A stretch of 64,000 nt of DNA from Candidatus Latescibacterota bacterium (GCA_965116885.1 OZ220741.1:1088001-1152000), one strand, 5' to 3'. Shown: positions 27,388 through 39,000, numbered from the stretch's first letter. Translations and numbers: made by a program. The notes: generated by a model from the letters alone, not told the origin.

Positions 27388-30300
27388 ATGAACCCTAAAA
27401 ATTTCATCAATCCCCCTGCTGCTGACCGCCTCGTTCCATTTTGGATATGGAACGGCATAATAGAAGAAAACGAACTCGTCCGTCAAATCCGCGAAATGAG
27501 CGAAAAAGGACTTGGTGGATTTTGTCTATCAACAGGTCCTGGGCTAAAAACGCCTTATTTGTCGCACATCTGGTTCGATCGCGTAAAATTGGCACTTGAA
27601 ACAGCAGAAGAATGTGGCCTTCATGTCTGGATTCACGACGAATACCGCTATCCAGGTGGTATTGGATCAACCCAAATCACCTTAAATCATCCCCAATTCA
27701 TCGCACAACAACTCACCTTTCGCGAAACCGTTGTACAGGGCGGACAACAAGTTGATCTCACGTTGCCCTGGGCACCCGTGTTACATACACTTGCCGTTCC
27801 CTTGCGAAGAGACCGCTGTCTGTGGGAAGACAAACAAGATATCAGTGCTTATCTGGGCGTCAACCATCAACACCACGCACTGCGCGACAACAACGCTGTG
27901 CCCGCCTACGGTCCCCACACTTATGTATCTTTTAACCCCACCCGCCGACTGTACTGGAAAGCACCTACCGGACGTTGGCGCGTGCTCGTGTTTTTGCAAG
28001 AACCCTCGGCAAATAGTGACTGTCCTGGTTCACACCTCGATAGGTTCAATCCAGAATCTGTCCGTACCCTGCACCAGACCGTTCAGCAACCCTATATCGA
28101 GCGATTTTCCGCTTATCAGGGCAAAACCTTAAAGGGCATTTTAACCGCAGAAACGCATTTCCCCAACGATCGCCTGCCCTGGTCATCCGTATTGCCCGAA
28201 TACTTCAAAACGCGCAATGGCTACGATCTCATCTCTTGCTTGCCTGCCCTCATAACCTACTTTGGCCCCAACACGGGCCGCATTCGCTACGATTATTTTC
28301 AAACCCTGGGCGAACTGCAACAGCGACACGACAGCGCGCGCAGCGCCGACTGGTGCAAAGAGCACGACCTCAATTATGCGAGCGATATAACCCCGCTTCG
28401 CAATGCCCAGCGCGCCGCTATATCCATACCTGGTACAAGCGGTGATCTCGGCGTTGAACGCGCCCAAGAATACACCGTATCATATCGCCACAGCCCGGAA
28501 TTTGCAACAGCACTCGCCACGCAAACAAACACTTCCCGCGTGCTCAATACCTGTTTCCAAAACGCGAGCTGGGCAACCACGCTGCAAGATATGAAAGCAC
28601 ACCTCGATACCCTCGGCACCCACGGAACCAGCTTCTTTGCCCCTCAGGCCCTCTACTACACACTCGACGGGTTGCGCAAACACGCCACATCTCTGTTCCA
28701 CCAAAATCCCTACTGGGAACACTTCCACCTGCTATCTGACTACGCGGGGCGACTTGCCTATCTCTTAAGCCAGGGTCATCAAGTAGCCGATATTGCACTC
28801 CTCGATCCCGTCACCAGCTTGTGGGCACATCTCGCACACCCGCTTCACAACTGGTCTTATGTCGGGTATGACCCCGATGAAGAAACACTGACCAATCACC
28901 TCGTTGCCGACTGGGCCTGCATTGCCCGCACCCTGTATCAGATGCAGCGACCATTTCAAAGCCTTGACCCGGCCCTCCTTGCCCAGGCGGAAATCATCAA
29001 CCGCCAATTGCAGATCGGCAAAACGCGCTATAAGGTCCTGATCATTCCCCCCATCACCAATCTGGAACGCGAAGCTTTTGATAAGCTACGCGCATTTATC
29101 AATGCAGGCGGTCTCGTCATCGCCCTGGGATTATTGCCCATCGAAGATATTCAAGAGGGCACATCGGTCGTCGAGGGATTTTCGCGGTTGACCGACATGG
29201 ACCCCGGGCGAATGATTCGCGATTATACCGGCCACGAATCGGGCGTCCACTTGCTGAGTCGAGACAATTTCATGTTTGTCCGCACGGGGGGTACTGTAGA
29301 AAAAAATCAGGCGACCTCCATGCTGGAACGCCTACTCGACGAAATACTGCCCCGGCGAGTACACATCATGTCAGACGGGAAAAGCGCTGACACAATACAA
29401 TATCACCACCGAACAGATGAAAAGCACCGCATATTCTTTTTTGCCAATCGGGGAAATTCGCCCGTTACAACACAAATTTATATACCCGCCTCCGACGGAC
29501 AGATAGAGAAATGGGATTTAGAAACGGGCAAACGCACACCACTTGTGATCGAACCTGCCGGAGAAATGAGTCGCATTAACCTCTCCTTTGATCGGCTGCA
29601 ATCACATATGATCGTAACCTCTCCGGTCCATCCGAAAAAAGAAAAAAAAGAGCCTCTATTAGAAACGCTCAAACTCAATTTAACAGGTCACTGGAAAGTT
29701 GATCCAGAAGAAGATAATGCCTTGCGCCTGGACAAATTCAAAACGAAATTCGACCTGTCTAACACGGGCGTGCATCAGGGCTGGCATCAACCGGCCTATA
29801 GCGACAGCAGGTGGCCCGAAACGCGCCCGCAATCTTTTGACAATCCAGAAGAAAAAACGATTTGTTGGTACCGAACAACCTTTGTCTCGGACATCGTCCC
29901 CAGCAAACTCTCTCTGGTCATGGATCGAAGTGCCATTCAGGGAGAGCATCAGATCTACATCAACGGTTCCAAATTGCCGAGCAATGCTTTTCGCCCCACC
30001 TTCCGGTTCGATCACGCCAACGCGACGTGTTCCGTGGGGCAACGCATAAACAAGGGCAAAAATGTGATCGCCATCCGCGTGGAAGTCAACAGCCCGGGTG
30101 ATGGCCTCGTCGATGCCCTGTATCTCTTTGGGCGTTTTCAGGTCAAATCCTGGCGCAGTGTATATCCCAAACTAACCCCCCTTCAAGATAGCGGTCCAAT
30201 TTTCGACTTCAAAGCGCAGGGACTGCCCTTCTATGCTGGCACCTTGTCATACACCCGAGACATCGATATCAAAACACTGCCCACGACCGCGCGTTTCAAA

Positions 30301-30531
30301 ATTGACCTCGAACACACCGTAAAAAACCTCTCCGACATTGTCGAAATAATCATCAACGGCCAATCTCTCGGCGTGCGCGCCTGGGCACCTTATTGCTGGA
30401 CTGGCAAAACAGCCCATCTCAAACAGGGCAAAAATCGCATAGTCTTCCGCGTCACCAACACACTCGAAAAATTGCTCACCGGCATGGCGTACCAGCCGAA
30501 AACGCGCAAAACGATCCCGGTAGATATCTAA
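27388..30531 (+). CDS. GH106 (alpha-L-rhamnosidase)-like protein
   Basis: PFWIWNG, WIHDE..PGG, FKTRNGYDL, RYDYFQT, LRK..F.QNPYW; C-terminal beta-sandwich with NTL. Confidence 0.75.
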   Translation: MNPKNFINPPAADRLVPFWIWNGIIEENELVRQIREMSEKGLGGFCLSTGPGLKTPYLSHIWFDRVKLALETAEECGLHVWIHDEYRYPGGIGSTQITLNHPQFIAQQLTFRETVVQGGQQVDLTLPWAPVLHTLAVPLRRDRCLWEDKQDISAYLGVNHQHHALRDNNAVPAYGPHTYVSFNPTRRLYWKAPTGRWRVLVFLQEPSANSDCPGSHLDRFNPESVRTLHQTVQQPYIERFSAYQGKTLKGILTAETHFPNDRLPWSSVLPEYFKTRNGYDLISCLPALITYFGPNTGRIRYDYFQTLGELQQRHDSARSADWCKEHDLNYASDITPLRNAQRAAISIPGTSGDLGVERAQEYTVSYRHSPEFATALATQTNTSRVLNTCFQNASWATTLQDMKAHLDTLGTHGTSFFAPQALYYTLDGLRKHATSLFHQNPYWEHFHLLSDYAGRLAYLLSQGHQVADIALLDPVTSLWAHLAHPLHNWSYVGYDPDEETLTNHLVADWACIARTLYQMQRPFQSLDPALLAQAEIINRQLQIGKTRYKVLIIPPITNLEREAFDKLRAFINAGGLVIALGLLPIEDIQEGTSVVEGFSRLTDMDPGRMIRDYTGHESGVHLLSRDNFMFVRTGGTVEKNQATSMLERLLDEILPRRVHIMSDGKSADTIQYHHRTDEKHRIFFFANRGNSPVTTQIYIPASDGQIEKWDLETGKRTPLVIEPAGEMSRINLSFDRLQSHMIVTSPVHPKKEKKEPLLETLKLNLTGHWKVDPEEDNALRLDKFKTKFDLSNTGVHQGWHQPAYSDSRWPETRPQSFDNPEEKTICWYRTTFVSDIVPSKLSLVMDRSAIQGEHQIYINGSKLPSNAFRPTFRFDHANATCSVGQRINKGKNVIAIRVEVNSPGDGLVDALYLFGRFQVKSWRSVYPKLTPLQDSGPIFDFKAQGLPFYAGTLSYTRDIDIKTLPTTARFKIDLEHTVKNLSDIVEIIINGQSLGVRAWAPYCWTGKTAHLKQGKNRIVFRVTNTLEKLLTGMAYQPKTRKTIPVDI

Positions 30532-32609
30532 TCCTCACCTCTCAGCAAATATTTCTGCACCAGATACCGATAAATTTGCACAAAATCGCCTCGCCCATTA
30601 TCCGCATTGTAAAAATGACATATGGGATTGGGATTCACTTCCAAAACAAAATACCCATTGGAACCGGCGATCAAATCAATCGCGTAAAAACCCAAATCCA
30701 GCACCCGGTTTAACGCCTGTGTCAAAGCGCGAAAATCCTCCAACAATCCGTCATCCACGACCGCAACTGCCCTGCCCCCTGCCCGATGCAGCGGATTGAT
30801 ATCCTCTCCCTCAATATCCGAATCATTTTGCTTTTCGTATGCGAGCAGCAACTCATCCTCACTGCCCACAATGCGATACTCAGGTCCCTCAACATACGCC
30901 TGGATCAACAACACATTGTCAAATCGGCTACTTTCCTCACACAACGCTTGCAAACGCGACTGCAAATCCTCTGCATTCGCCTCCAAATACACGCCCTGTG
31001 CCATAGAGCCGTGATTGCGTTTCAGCACAACCGGAAAAGACATGTGTTGCACCACATCGCTCACAATATCTGCCACAGAAGCATGCGTCTTATACCGATC
31101 AAACCGCCGGTCTGATAGAGGATTGAACACCGTCATCGTCCTGGGCACAGCGATATTCGCTCGATCAAACAGCTCGTATTGATACCCCTTATCTTCCGCC
31201 AACTTTCCAGAAACATAATCGTTAAACGGATGTTTATTTCGCAAAAAATACAGCGGCATTCCCTCTCTCTCCACCCGAATCACATTGCCATCTGCGGACA
31301 CTGCCTCATACCCCACGCCCAACTGCCGACACGCGATCTCAAGACACCGCAAACTCTCTAAAATCACATCCTCGCCAAAACTGTCCGCCTCCCCGGGCAA
31401 ACCCAACACCTCGCGTGCCAACGCCACCAGATACAGCGACCCGAGTACGCACGTAGGCTGTGGGGATACCTCCGTCAAAAAATTCAATCCCCCCGTCTCA
31501 CACCGCACACAAAGCCCCTCTGGAACCAGCGATCTCAAACGCGCCACAGAAATGGCTTTCGGATGCGCCGACTGCGTCAAAACAACCTCGGCAGCTATGG
31601 GCGCAAGTGCATGCAAAATACCCCGTGCATCGTGCCCCTTATTAACACCCACCACAAAACGCCACTTATCCGATAGAACCTTCAAATCCCGCATCAAAGC
31701 GCGAACCGCATCCGGATTGTGGGCACCATCTAAAATCAACGCTTTCCGCACCACCTCAAAGCGCCCGGGCAGAGCCAGATTCAAAACCACATCCCGCATC
31801 CGCTCATCTGCCAACACCATCCCGCACCCGTCCAGAACATGACGCGCCACAGCAACCGACAGCGCGGCATTCTCCCGAAAAGTAACCGGTCGATCCGCCA
31901 TATCGTCTATTTCCGTATCGACCACCTGCAACGCCGCACCCCGACGCACACATTCCCTTTCCAATAACTTCAGGACTTCGGGAACCTGCCCTGACCCCGT
32001 AAACAGCGGCCTTCCCGAACGCGCAATATGTACCTTATCCGCCGCAATCTCACACAGCGTATCGCCCAACACATCCGTGTGATCCAGATGAACAGCCGTC
32101 AACACAGCAACTTTTGAATCCCACGCATTGGTCGCGTCAAATTGCCCACCCAGCCCCACTTCAAAAACAGCCCAATCCACATTCGCCCGCGCAAAATGAT
32201 GAGCCGCCAAAACCGTGAGCGCCTCAAACTTGCTAAACGCGCCCCAGCCCTCGCGCTCAAAATCGCGGCTCTTTTCGTAAAAATGCGCGACACCTTCGGC
32301 CCACACATCGCGCGCGAGCACCTCGCCATCAACACATATCCGCTCGCGCACCGTGTGCAAATGCGGCGACGTATAAAGCCCTACGCGAAAACCCGCTGCC
32401 CGCAATAACTCAGATAGTAAATAACTCACCGTCCCCTTGCCATTTGTACCCCCCACAATAACAGAGTCAAACCGCGCCTGGGGATTATCCATGCGGTGCA
32501 ACAGCGCGCGCACACGCGGCAAATAATTTTCCAGCGCACCCTCTATCGGCTCACCCATCTCCCAATCGGGCAGTGTATTGAGAAACCGATTGCTCCGAAA
32601 ATAATTCAT
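30528..32609 (-). CDS. FolC-like (folylpolyglutamate synthase/Mur ligase) fused to a C-terminal ATP-grasp domain
   Basis: GTNGKGT, YTSPHL..RERI, FEVGLGG.FDATN, LDGAHN; then DKGYQ, FPVVLK..GS..GV, EYRI, IDLI..LEVNPNP. Confidence 0.85.
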   Translation of the reverse strand: MNYFRSNRFLNTLPDWEMGEPIEGALENYLPRVRALLHRMDNPQARFDSVIVGGTNGKGTVSYLLSELLRAAGFRVGLYTSPHLHTVRERICVDGEVLARDVWAEGVAHFYEKSRDFEREGWGAFSKFEALTVLAAHHFARANVDWAVFEVGLGGQFDATNAWDSKVAVLTAVHLDHTDVLGDTLCEIAADKVHIARSGRPLFTGSGQVPEVLKLLERECVRRGAALQVVDTEIDDMADRPVTFRENAALSVAVARHVLDGCGMVLADERMRDVVLNLALPGRFEVVRKALILDGAHNPDAVRALMRDLKVLSDKWRFVVGVNKGHDARGILHALAPIAAEVVLTQSAHPKAISVARLRSLVPEGLCVRCETGGLNFLTEVSPQPTCVLGSLYLVALAREVLGLPGEADSFGEDVILESLRCLEIACRQLGVGYEAVSADGNVIRVEREGMPLYFLRNKHPFNDYVSGKLAEDKGYQYELFDRANIAVPRTMTVFNPLSDRRFDRYKTHASVADIVSDVVQHMSFPVVLKRNHGSMAQGVYLEANAEDLQSRLQALCEESSRFDNVLLIQAYVEGPEYRIVGSEDELLLAYEKQNDSDIEGEDINPLHRAGGRAVAVVDDGLLEDFRALTQALNRVLDLGFYAIDLIAGSNGYFVLEVNPNPICHFYNADNGRGDFVQIYRYLVQKYLLRGED

Positions 32610-32698
32610 TATTACCTTCCAAATTAATGCTATTATGTTGTACCCTGTTCCCAACCACTGTTACGCAGTTGTACAACCGCTTCCTAATTCCCAATTCT

Positions 32699-33952
32699 AT
32701 GGAACGCATTGTCGATCCAAAATACCGCTTCGCTTTCTCCTTCAGAACCGACCAACCGTACTACCGCAAGTGCTATTGGGAAAATCTCTATGTCTTTACC
32801 TATGGCACAGATCGCGTACTCGTCGCAACGCGCGTAGTTCCCTTCACCTCACTGCACGAAGCACTCTACACCGCCTTCAAAGGACAGCGGGGAAACACAC
32901 TCACACAGCACCTGTTGCCCGAAGCAATACAACAACCCCATCTCAATGTATTCAACAACAAATCTCAAGTTCAAATCTTTGCAGATAATATCTCTGCCCT
33001 CGTACCCGAACAGAACGCAGAACTCCCCGAAGAACTCATAGAAAAAAAAGAAGCGGAAATAGAAGAAGCCGCTTCTCGAATCATGATCAGACAGGGCATA
33101 GAAGGCGGGCTTGGCAGCTTTGCCTCGGGAGAAACCACGCCTTTTATCGCCCGCGACGAACCCGATGACCCGAGCCGGTCCATCGTGCGGGAAGACGACG
33201 AAGACGCCGCACTGATCCAGATGAGCGTACAAATCGACGCCGCCATTAAAAAACACATACGCGAATCGGGCGAAGGCGCATTCGACATCGCTGCGCGACT
33301 ATACACAAACCCCCGTTACCTCGGCTTTGTGCGTCGTCTCATCAACGCCAAAGGCAGTTATACCTCGCCCGTTGTCCGGGACTTTCTCAAATTTTATGCG
33401 CGATGCTTCAACATCAAAATCTCCGAACATCTTCGACAGAGCAAAGACGACCCCGACATCTTGCACCAGCGCATTGAAAGCCTATTGGGCCGTGAAAAAG
33501 GCGGACGCTATCACTACCTCAACTATCACGACCTCACCATATTGGGACGCGTTGTCAAAGGCGAACTCGAACCCGACCCGGACGACCCCGACAAGACCAC
33601 ACACTGCTTCAAACTATCCAACACCATTGACGCACAAACCCTTCGCCTATCCGAAATTCACGATCCGGTGCAGCGTTTCGCAATCCGCAAATTCGTCGAA
33701 CACACCTTCAATGCCCGTCACAACATCAAAAATATTCAATACATCGACGAAATCTCTCGGCGAAAAATCCCCTTCGTCCAGCACCTTCCCGACCCTATCG
33801 AACGCGCTTTGCGCTCGGGCATCGAAACACTCGAAAACTATCTCGACCACCTCGAACCTCAGATGCTCCAAATCGCCATCGGCGCCCTTCTCCTATCACT
33901 ACTCGGCGTCGTTGCCCTCGTCCTGGGCGCATTTATCGGCCTGGCAAGATGA
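32699..33952 (+). CDS. Hypothetical protein with C-terminal TM helix
   Basis: Long ORF with genome-typical codon use; start moved to ATG 32699 because the upstream part overlaps repeats. Confidence 0.65.
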   Translation: MERIVDPKYRFAFSFRTDQPYYRKCYWENLYVFTYGTDRVLVATRVVPFTSLHEALYTAFKGQRGNTLTQHLLPEAIQQPHLNVFNNKSQVQIFADNISALVPEQNAELPEELIEKKEAEIEEAASRIMIRQGIEGGLGSFASGETTPFIARDEPDDPSRSIVREDDEDAALIQMSVQIDAAIKKHIRESGEGAFDIAARLYTNPRYLGFVRRLINAKGSYTSPVVRDFLKFYARCFNIKISEHLRQSKDDPDILHQRIESLLGREKGGRYHYLNYHDLTILGRVVKGELEPDPDDPDKTTHCFKLSNTIDAQTLRLSEIHDPVQRFAIRKFVEHTFNARHNIKNIQYIDEISRRKIPFVQHLPDPIERALRSGIETLENYLDHLEPQMLQIAIGALLLSLLGVVALVLGAFIGLAR

Positions 33953-33962
33953 AAAAACCTTC

Positions 33963-34018
33963 TGGAGCGCGGCTCAACACCATGCCGCGGACGGGACGGC
34001 ACGGGGACCGTCCCCTAC
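33963..34018. repeat. Composite repeat: family B plus GTAG REP family A
   Basis: TGGAGCGCGGC..GCCGCGG followed by GGGACGGCACGGGGACCGTCCCCTAC. Confidence 0.75.
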
Positions 34019-34036
34019 AATTGTTTTATCTGCGGA

Positions 34037-35920
34037 TCACTTCACACTCGCCACTGTCGGACCCAGCCCCTGTTTCAAAAAGCGGACAAAAATATCCACA
34101 TCGCGCGTCATCCCCGGAAAATGTGTAATCTCTTTTCCCTCGGGTGTCATAATAGCGTACAAAGGCAGTGCTACCGTACCAAAATTAGCCTCCTGCAAAT
34201 CGCGATTGCGCTTGTATTTTTCCCCCCGCCCATCTGTGTATAACTGAACCCGTACAAACTGCTTTAATAGCGCATGTACCTCCTTTTCAGGAAAAATATT
34301 CGCCTCCATCCAGCGGCAATTCGTACACGCGTAGCCCGTAAAATCGATAAATACCGGTTTGCCCGTCGCCTTTGCTTCTGCCAAACCCGCCTCGTAATCA
34401 TCGCGCCAGGTCAGTTCGGGTTCGCCACTCCTTATCTTGGCAATCTCCCCATAACTTCCATAAGGCGGGAAAAATGCATCCCATTCGCCCAGAGGTGCGC
34501 CAAAAAGACCCGTCATCAAATACAGCCCAAAAGCCAAACATCCACTACTCGCCAGCAAACGCAACGGACCAATTGTATCGAGCACAGAATCGTGCGGCAA
34601 TCGGATCTTGCCCAACAAATAAAAACCACACAGCAAAAAGATCGCGATCCACCCCGCAATAAAGACCTCGCGCGAAATAATCCCCCACTGCCACACCAGA
34701 TCGACATTGCTCAAAAATTTCAACGCAGCGGCCAATTCCAAAAACCCCATCACCACCTTCACGGAATTTAGCCAGCCACCGCTTTGGGGCAGAGAAGAAA
34801 GCGCCTGTGGAAAAAGTGCCAAAAAGAAAAATGGAGAGGCAAAAGCAGCCGAAAACACCAGCATGCCCAAAATGGGCCACGCCCACGTTCCCTGAGCCGT
34901 CAGCACCAGCAGCGTCCCCACAAAAGGCGCAGTACACGTAAACGACGTAAGCGAAAACGTGAACCCCATAATTAGAATCGCGCCATAACTGCCCCCCTGA
35001 ACCTGGTTCAACTTATTGAGCAACCCGTAGGGCAATCGAATCTCAAACAGCCCAAACAACGCCAGCGCAAAAGCCACAAAAATCGCAGTAATCAACAAAT
35101 TGACCCAGGGATTGGCCGCAAACAGAGCCGCACCAGACGCGCCCAGAGTCGCCGCCAGTACCATACCCAGCCCGGTAAACGTAAAAATAATACCCCCGCA
35201 ATAAGCCAGCGACTTGGTGACAGACTCCCTCCGGCTCTGCGTTTCCTGCTTGGTAAAAAACGACACCGTAATGGGAATCATCGGAAACACACACGGCGTG
35301 AGCAAAGCCAGAAAACCCATCCACAAAGACAGGTACAAAAACGCGCTCAAACCCTCTGTAATCGCACGCTCAACATCGGCCACGCTACCCGTACCATCCA
35401 GAGGTACAGCGGGCGCTTCAACAGAAGAAAACACATACTCCGCCCGCGCAGGTCCCGCCTCCACCATCACGGGAATTTCAAATGCGTATGTATTGGGCGG
35501 CAAACACTGCGTCGCATTGCAAAGCATATAGATCACTTCACCCGACAGCACCCGCTCGCCCGGCATCCCCTCACCCACCTCAGCCCGCACCCCAAACCGC
35601 ACTTTGGGATGATAATATTCCACATTCATCTCAAAATTAGGATCGTACTCCACAATAGGCCTGGGCTGAATCACCGCCCCCACCTGCCGAAACCCCGCGC
35701 CCGACAGCGCAATCTCTGTGGGATAGGGACCACCCGGCGGCGTGGTCGCCGAATAAATATGCCAATCATCGGACAGATCGACATCAATCCAAACCGCAAC
35801 AGCCTCCCCAACCCGCGCAGCCTTTGGCTCCACCATCACCCCAAACGAAGCCTCATTCTGAGCCATTGCAGCACTGCCCTGAAGCACCATCAAAACACAC
35901 ACCGCGACAAAAATCCGCAT
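34037..35920 (-). CDS. dsbD: Thiol:disulfide interchange protein DsbD
   Basis: WHIYS, CNATQC, LTPCVFPMIP, SFTCTAPF, DFTGYACTNCR; GGAGG RBS before ATG 35920. Confidence 0.9.
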   Translation of the reverse strand: MRIFVAVCVLMVLQGSAAMAQNEASFGVMVEPKAARVGEAVAVWIDVDLSDDWHIYSATTPPGGPYPTEIALSGAGFRQVGAVIQPRPIVEYDPNFEMNVEYYHPKVRFGVRAEVGEGMPGERVLSGEVIYMLCNATQCLPPNTYAFEIPVMVEAGPARAEYVFSSVEAPAVPLDGTGSVADVERAITEGLSAFLYLSLWMGFLALLTPCVFPMIPITVSFFTKQETQSRRESVTKSLAYCGGIIFTFTGLGMVLAATLGASGAALFAANPWVNLLITAIFVAFALALFGLFEIRLPYGLLNKLNQVQGGSYGAILIMGFTFSLTSFTCTAPFVGTLLVLTAQGTWAWPILGMLVFSAAFASPFFFLALFPQALSSLPQSGGWLNSVKVVMGFLELAAALKFLSNVDLVWQWGIISREVFIAGWIAIFLLCGFYLLGKIRLPHDSVLDTIGPLRLLASSGCLAFGLYLMTGLFGAPLGEWDAFFPPYGSYGEIAKIRSGEPELTWRDDYEAGLAEAKATGKPVFIDFTGYACTNCRWMEANIFPEKEVHALLKQFVRVQLYTDGRGEKYKRNRDLQEANFGTVALPLYAIMTPEGKEITHFPGMTRDVDIFVRFLKQGLGPTVASVK

Positions 35921-35951
35921 ACCACCCTCCTCGTAAAAGCTAAAAACCTCC

Positions 35952-35982
35952 TGGATCGCGGCTTTAAGCATGCCGCGATGAC
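35952..35982. repeat. Palindromic REP-like repeat, family B
   Basis: TGGATCGCGGCTTTAAGCATGCCGCGATGAC. Confidence 0.75.
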
Positions 35983-36031
35983 AATCGCTATTCTCTGGCT
36001 CTTCCTGCTTCACACTTCTACCTTCACACTT

Positions 36032-39000
36032 CTAACGCCTCTTAATAACCAGAAGCGTCACATCATCTGTCTGTGCCGCCGACGCGCGAAACCGAACCAG
36101 ATCATCGATCACCGTATCGATCAAACCATCGGCACTTGCGCCCGCGTGTTCTTTCAGCAAAGCCTCCAGCCGCGCCTCCTCGTAAAACTCTCCCGCTTCA
36201 TTTTGCATATCCGTCACCCCATCGCTGTAGAGCACCAGCATATCGCCAAAATCCAAAAACGCACGCGCCTCTCTCGGCTCGGTATCCACCTCGGGTGGCA
36301 ACGTCATACCCAGAGGCACAGACATCAATTCTATCATCTGCAAATCACCGCCCACAGACACCCGATAGGGATAGGGATGCCCGGAATTGGCCAAAACGAT
36401 CTCCCCGGTCTCTAAATCCAGCGTCCCCAAACAGCACGTCACAAAACTCGCCGCATCAAATTGCTCTTGCAAAACGAGATTCAAATTCCGCAATACATCT
36501 ATCGGCGTCTGTGCCGCGCGAACCTCATAGTGCAACATCCCGCTCAATTGCATAGCCCGCACAGCACCCTGCATCGCCTTACCCGACACATCTGCGGCTC
36601 CAAACCCCAGTATTTTCCGATCGTCATCCAACCAGAAATACGTAAAATAATCACCGCCGACGTGATTGGCTGGCAAACACCTGCCCACCACCTCAAAACC
36701 CTTTTCGCGCACGGGATCTCGGGGCAACAGCCCCATCTGCATATCGTGGGCCTCCTGGAGTTCCGTCTCCAATTCGTCAATCAACTGCATCTGCGCCGCA
36801 CGCCACCGCTTGTGCTTTTGAAACGCATATCCCGTCGTCACCAGCACAATGAGCAGCGAAACACCACTCAACCCCACAAACCAGGGCCGTTGCCACACAG
36901 GCGCCAACACCTCAAACACCTGCACAGCAGATGTCTTATCCACATTAAACGCCAGATCCATAGCGCGCACTTCAAATTTGTGACCGCCAGCATCGATGTC
37001 CTCCAACAAAACCCGATTATTGCGCGAAAAAGAGGACCACGCCCCCCCATCGAGCCGCCATGAATATTGCAATGACCCATCTGGCGTCTGCTTCCACACA
37101 TCCTGCCCTGCAAATTCAAACAACGCATTTTGATACGGCGCAATTTGAACTGGCGGCGCCAAAAGACGCGTTTCGGGCGCATCGCCATCGGGATTATAAC
37201 AACCCAACCCATCAGATGTCGCAAACCACAACTGACCCTCGACATCTTGTGTCACATCCCAAACCTGTGTACTCGGCAATCCCTCTTGAACCGTATAACG
37301 CACCCAGGCAAACCCATCGGTGTGAATCGCGCCATCAATCGGCGAAGCCAACCACACCTTGCCATCATTCGCCGGAAATATCCGATTCACCCCATTAAAC
37401 TGAGCCTCATCCGCGCCCGGCACGCGACGCCACCTCTGCCCATTGAAATGCGCTACACCCTCGAGCAGTGAGCTAATCCATATCTGTCCACCAATATCTT
37501 CGGCAACCACAGTAATCGGTCCACCGGGTATCCCATCAGCAGCGGTGTATTTTCGCTGCTCTCCATCCACCACATGCATCACGCCATCCACCTGCCCCAG
37601 CCACAAACTGCCATCGCTCGCCTCGCAAATCGAAATACTAAACCTTTCGGGATTGCGCTCTTCCTGCACCAGATCCTCCGGGGAAGATAAAGCCGTCCAT
37701 ACCTGCCCATCGAATCGCTGAACCCCCGAGCGCGTAATTGCCCACACACCGCCATCTTGTGCGGGACACGCGGCTCGAATTCCCAATCCCCCCCGACTAT
37801 CTGACCTTATCACCTCCCATACCTCGCCATCATAACGCAACAATTGAAACGGCGTTACAGCCCAGAGATGTCCTTTTCCATCGACAAACAAATCAGTCAA
37901 ACGCCCGCGCACATCGTCCTCTAACTCGCGTGCTACCTGCCAGGAACCCCGCTCAAATTTGTAAAGCGCATCATTGCCAACCCAGAGCTGACCATCTTCA
38001 TCGAGCGCGAAAATCGAAGCACCGCGATCATTTATCCCCGGCCAATTCCTGTGGTGCAACCATCCCGAAAGACCCAACCGCGCAACCCCCCCGCGCGTAC
38101 CCACCCAAATTGCCCCATCCGCAGCAATACAGATATCGACCACATAGCTATTGGGCAGTCCCTCGCGCTCTGTAAAAATTCGCCATTGTCCGCCCGCATC
38201 TCGAAAAGCCGCGCCAGCCGGCGTACCAATCCACATTGTTCCATCCTGTGCAAAGCGAATCACCTGCACTCGATTAGAAGGCAACCCGTCCTCAGTTGTA
38301 AATGTTTCCCACCTTCCCGAATGATACCGCTTAAGCCCGTTCTCATCGGTACCAAACCAGAGCGCGCCATCGGCACTTTGCGCCATCGCCCACACAGATA
38401 CATTGCTCAAACTATCCATATCTGCTATCGTCGTCCATTCCCCCGTATCCACATCCAATAATCCCATGCCCTGTGCAAATTCACCGGGTCGTCCACCCCG
38501 TCCTCCACGACCATTTGGACCGTCCGGGTCCCTCAAACCGCCACGCCCGCGACCATCCGGTTCACCTCGTCCTCTACGGCCATCTGGACCATCCACATCC
38601 CCAAAACCTCCGCGCCTACCCCGACCACCCAATTCACCCCGTCCTCCACGACCATCAGAACCGTCCGCCCCTCTAAAACCACCGCGCCTGCCTCTGCCAC
38701 CCGGTTCACCTCGTCCACCCCGTCCCATTCCAGGACCAAACAAGATATTGCCCCCTCGCCCCCCATAAGCGACCCACACTTTCCCATTTGCATCGGCCAT
38801 CAAGCTCTGAACACCTTGAAGCGGCTGACCATCTAACATCACCAAATAAAGATCTGCGCCATCAAAGCGCAACAAGTGACCTGCATCGGTCACCAGACAG
38901 GAGCGACCACCATCCAGCCCCAAAATCTGGCGCATGCCCCCTCGTCCCCTCAATTCTTCTGGTATATCAATCCCCCTCCATTCCTCGCCAAAAAAATAAG

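Noticed and set aside
35921..36013. N-terminal extension of DsbD in the ORF track
   Set aside because: Runs through a palindromic repeat; RBS and signal peptide fit ATG 35920
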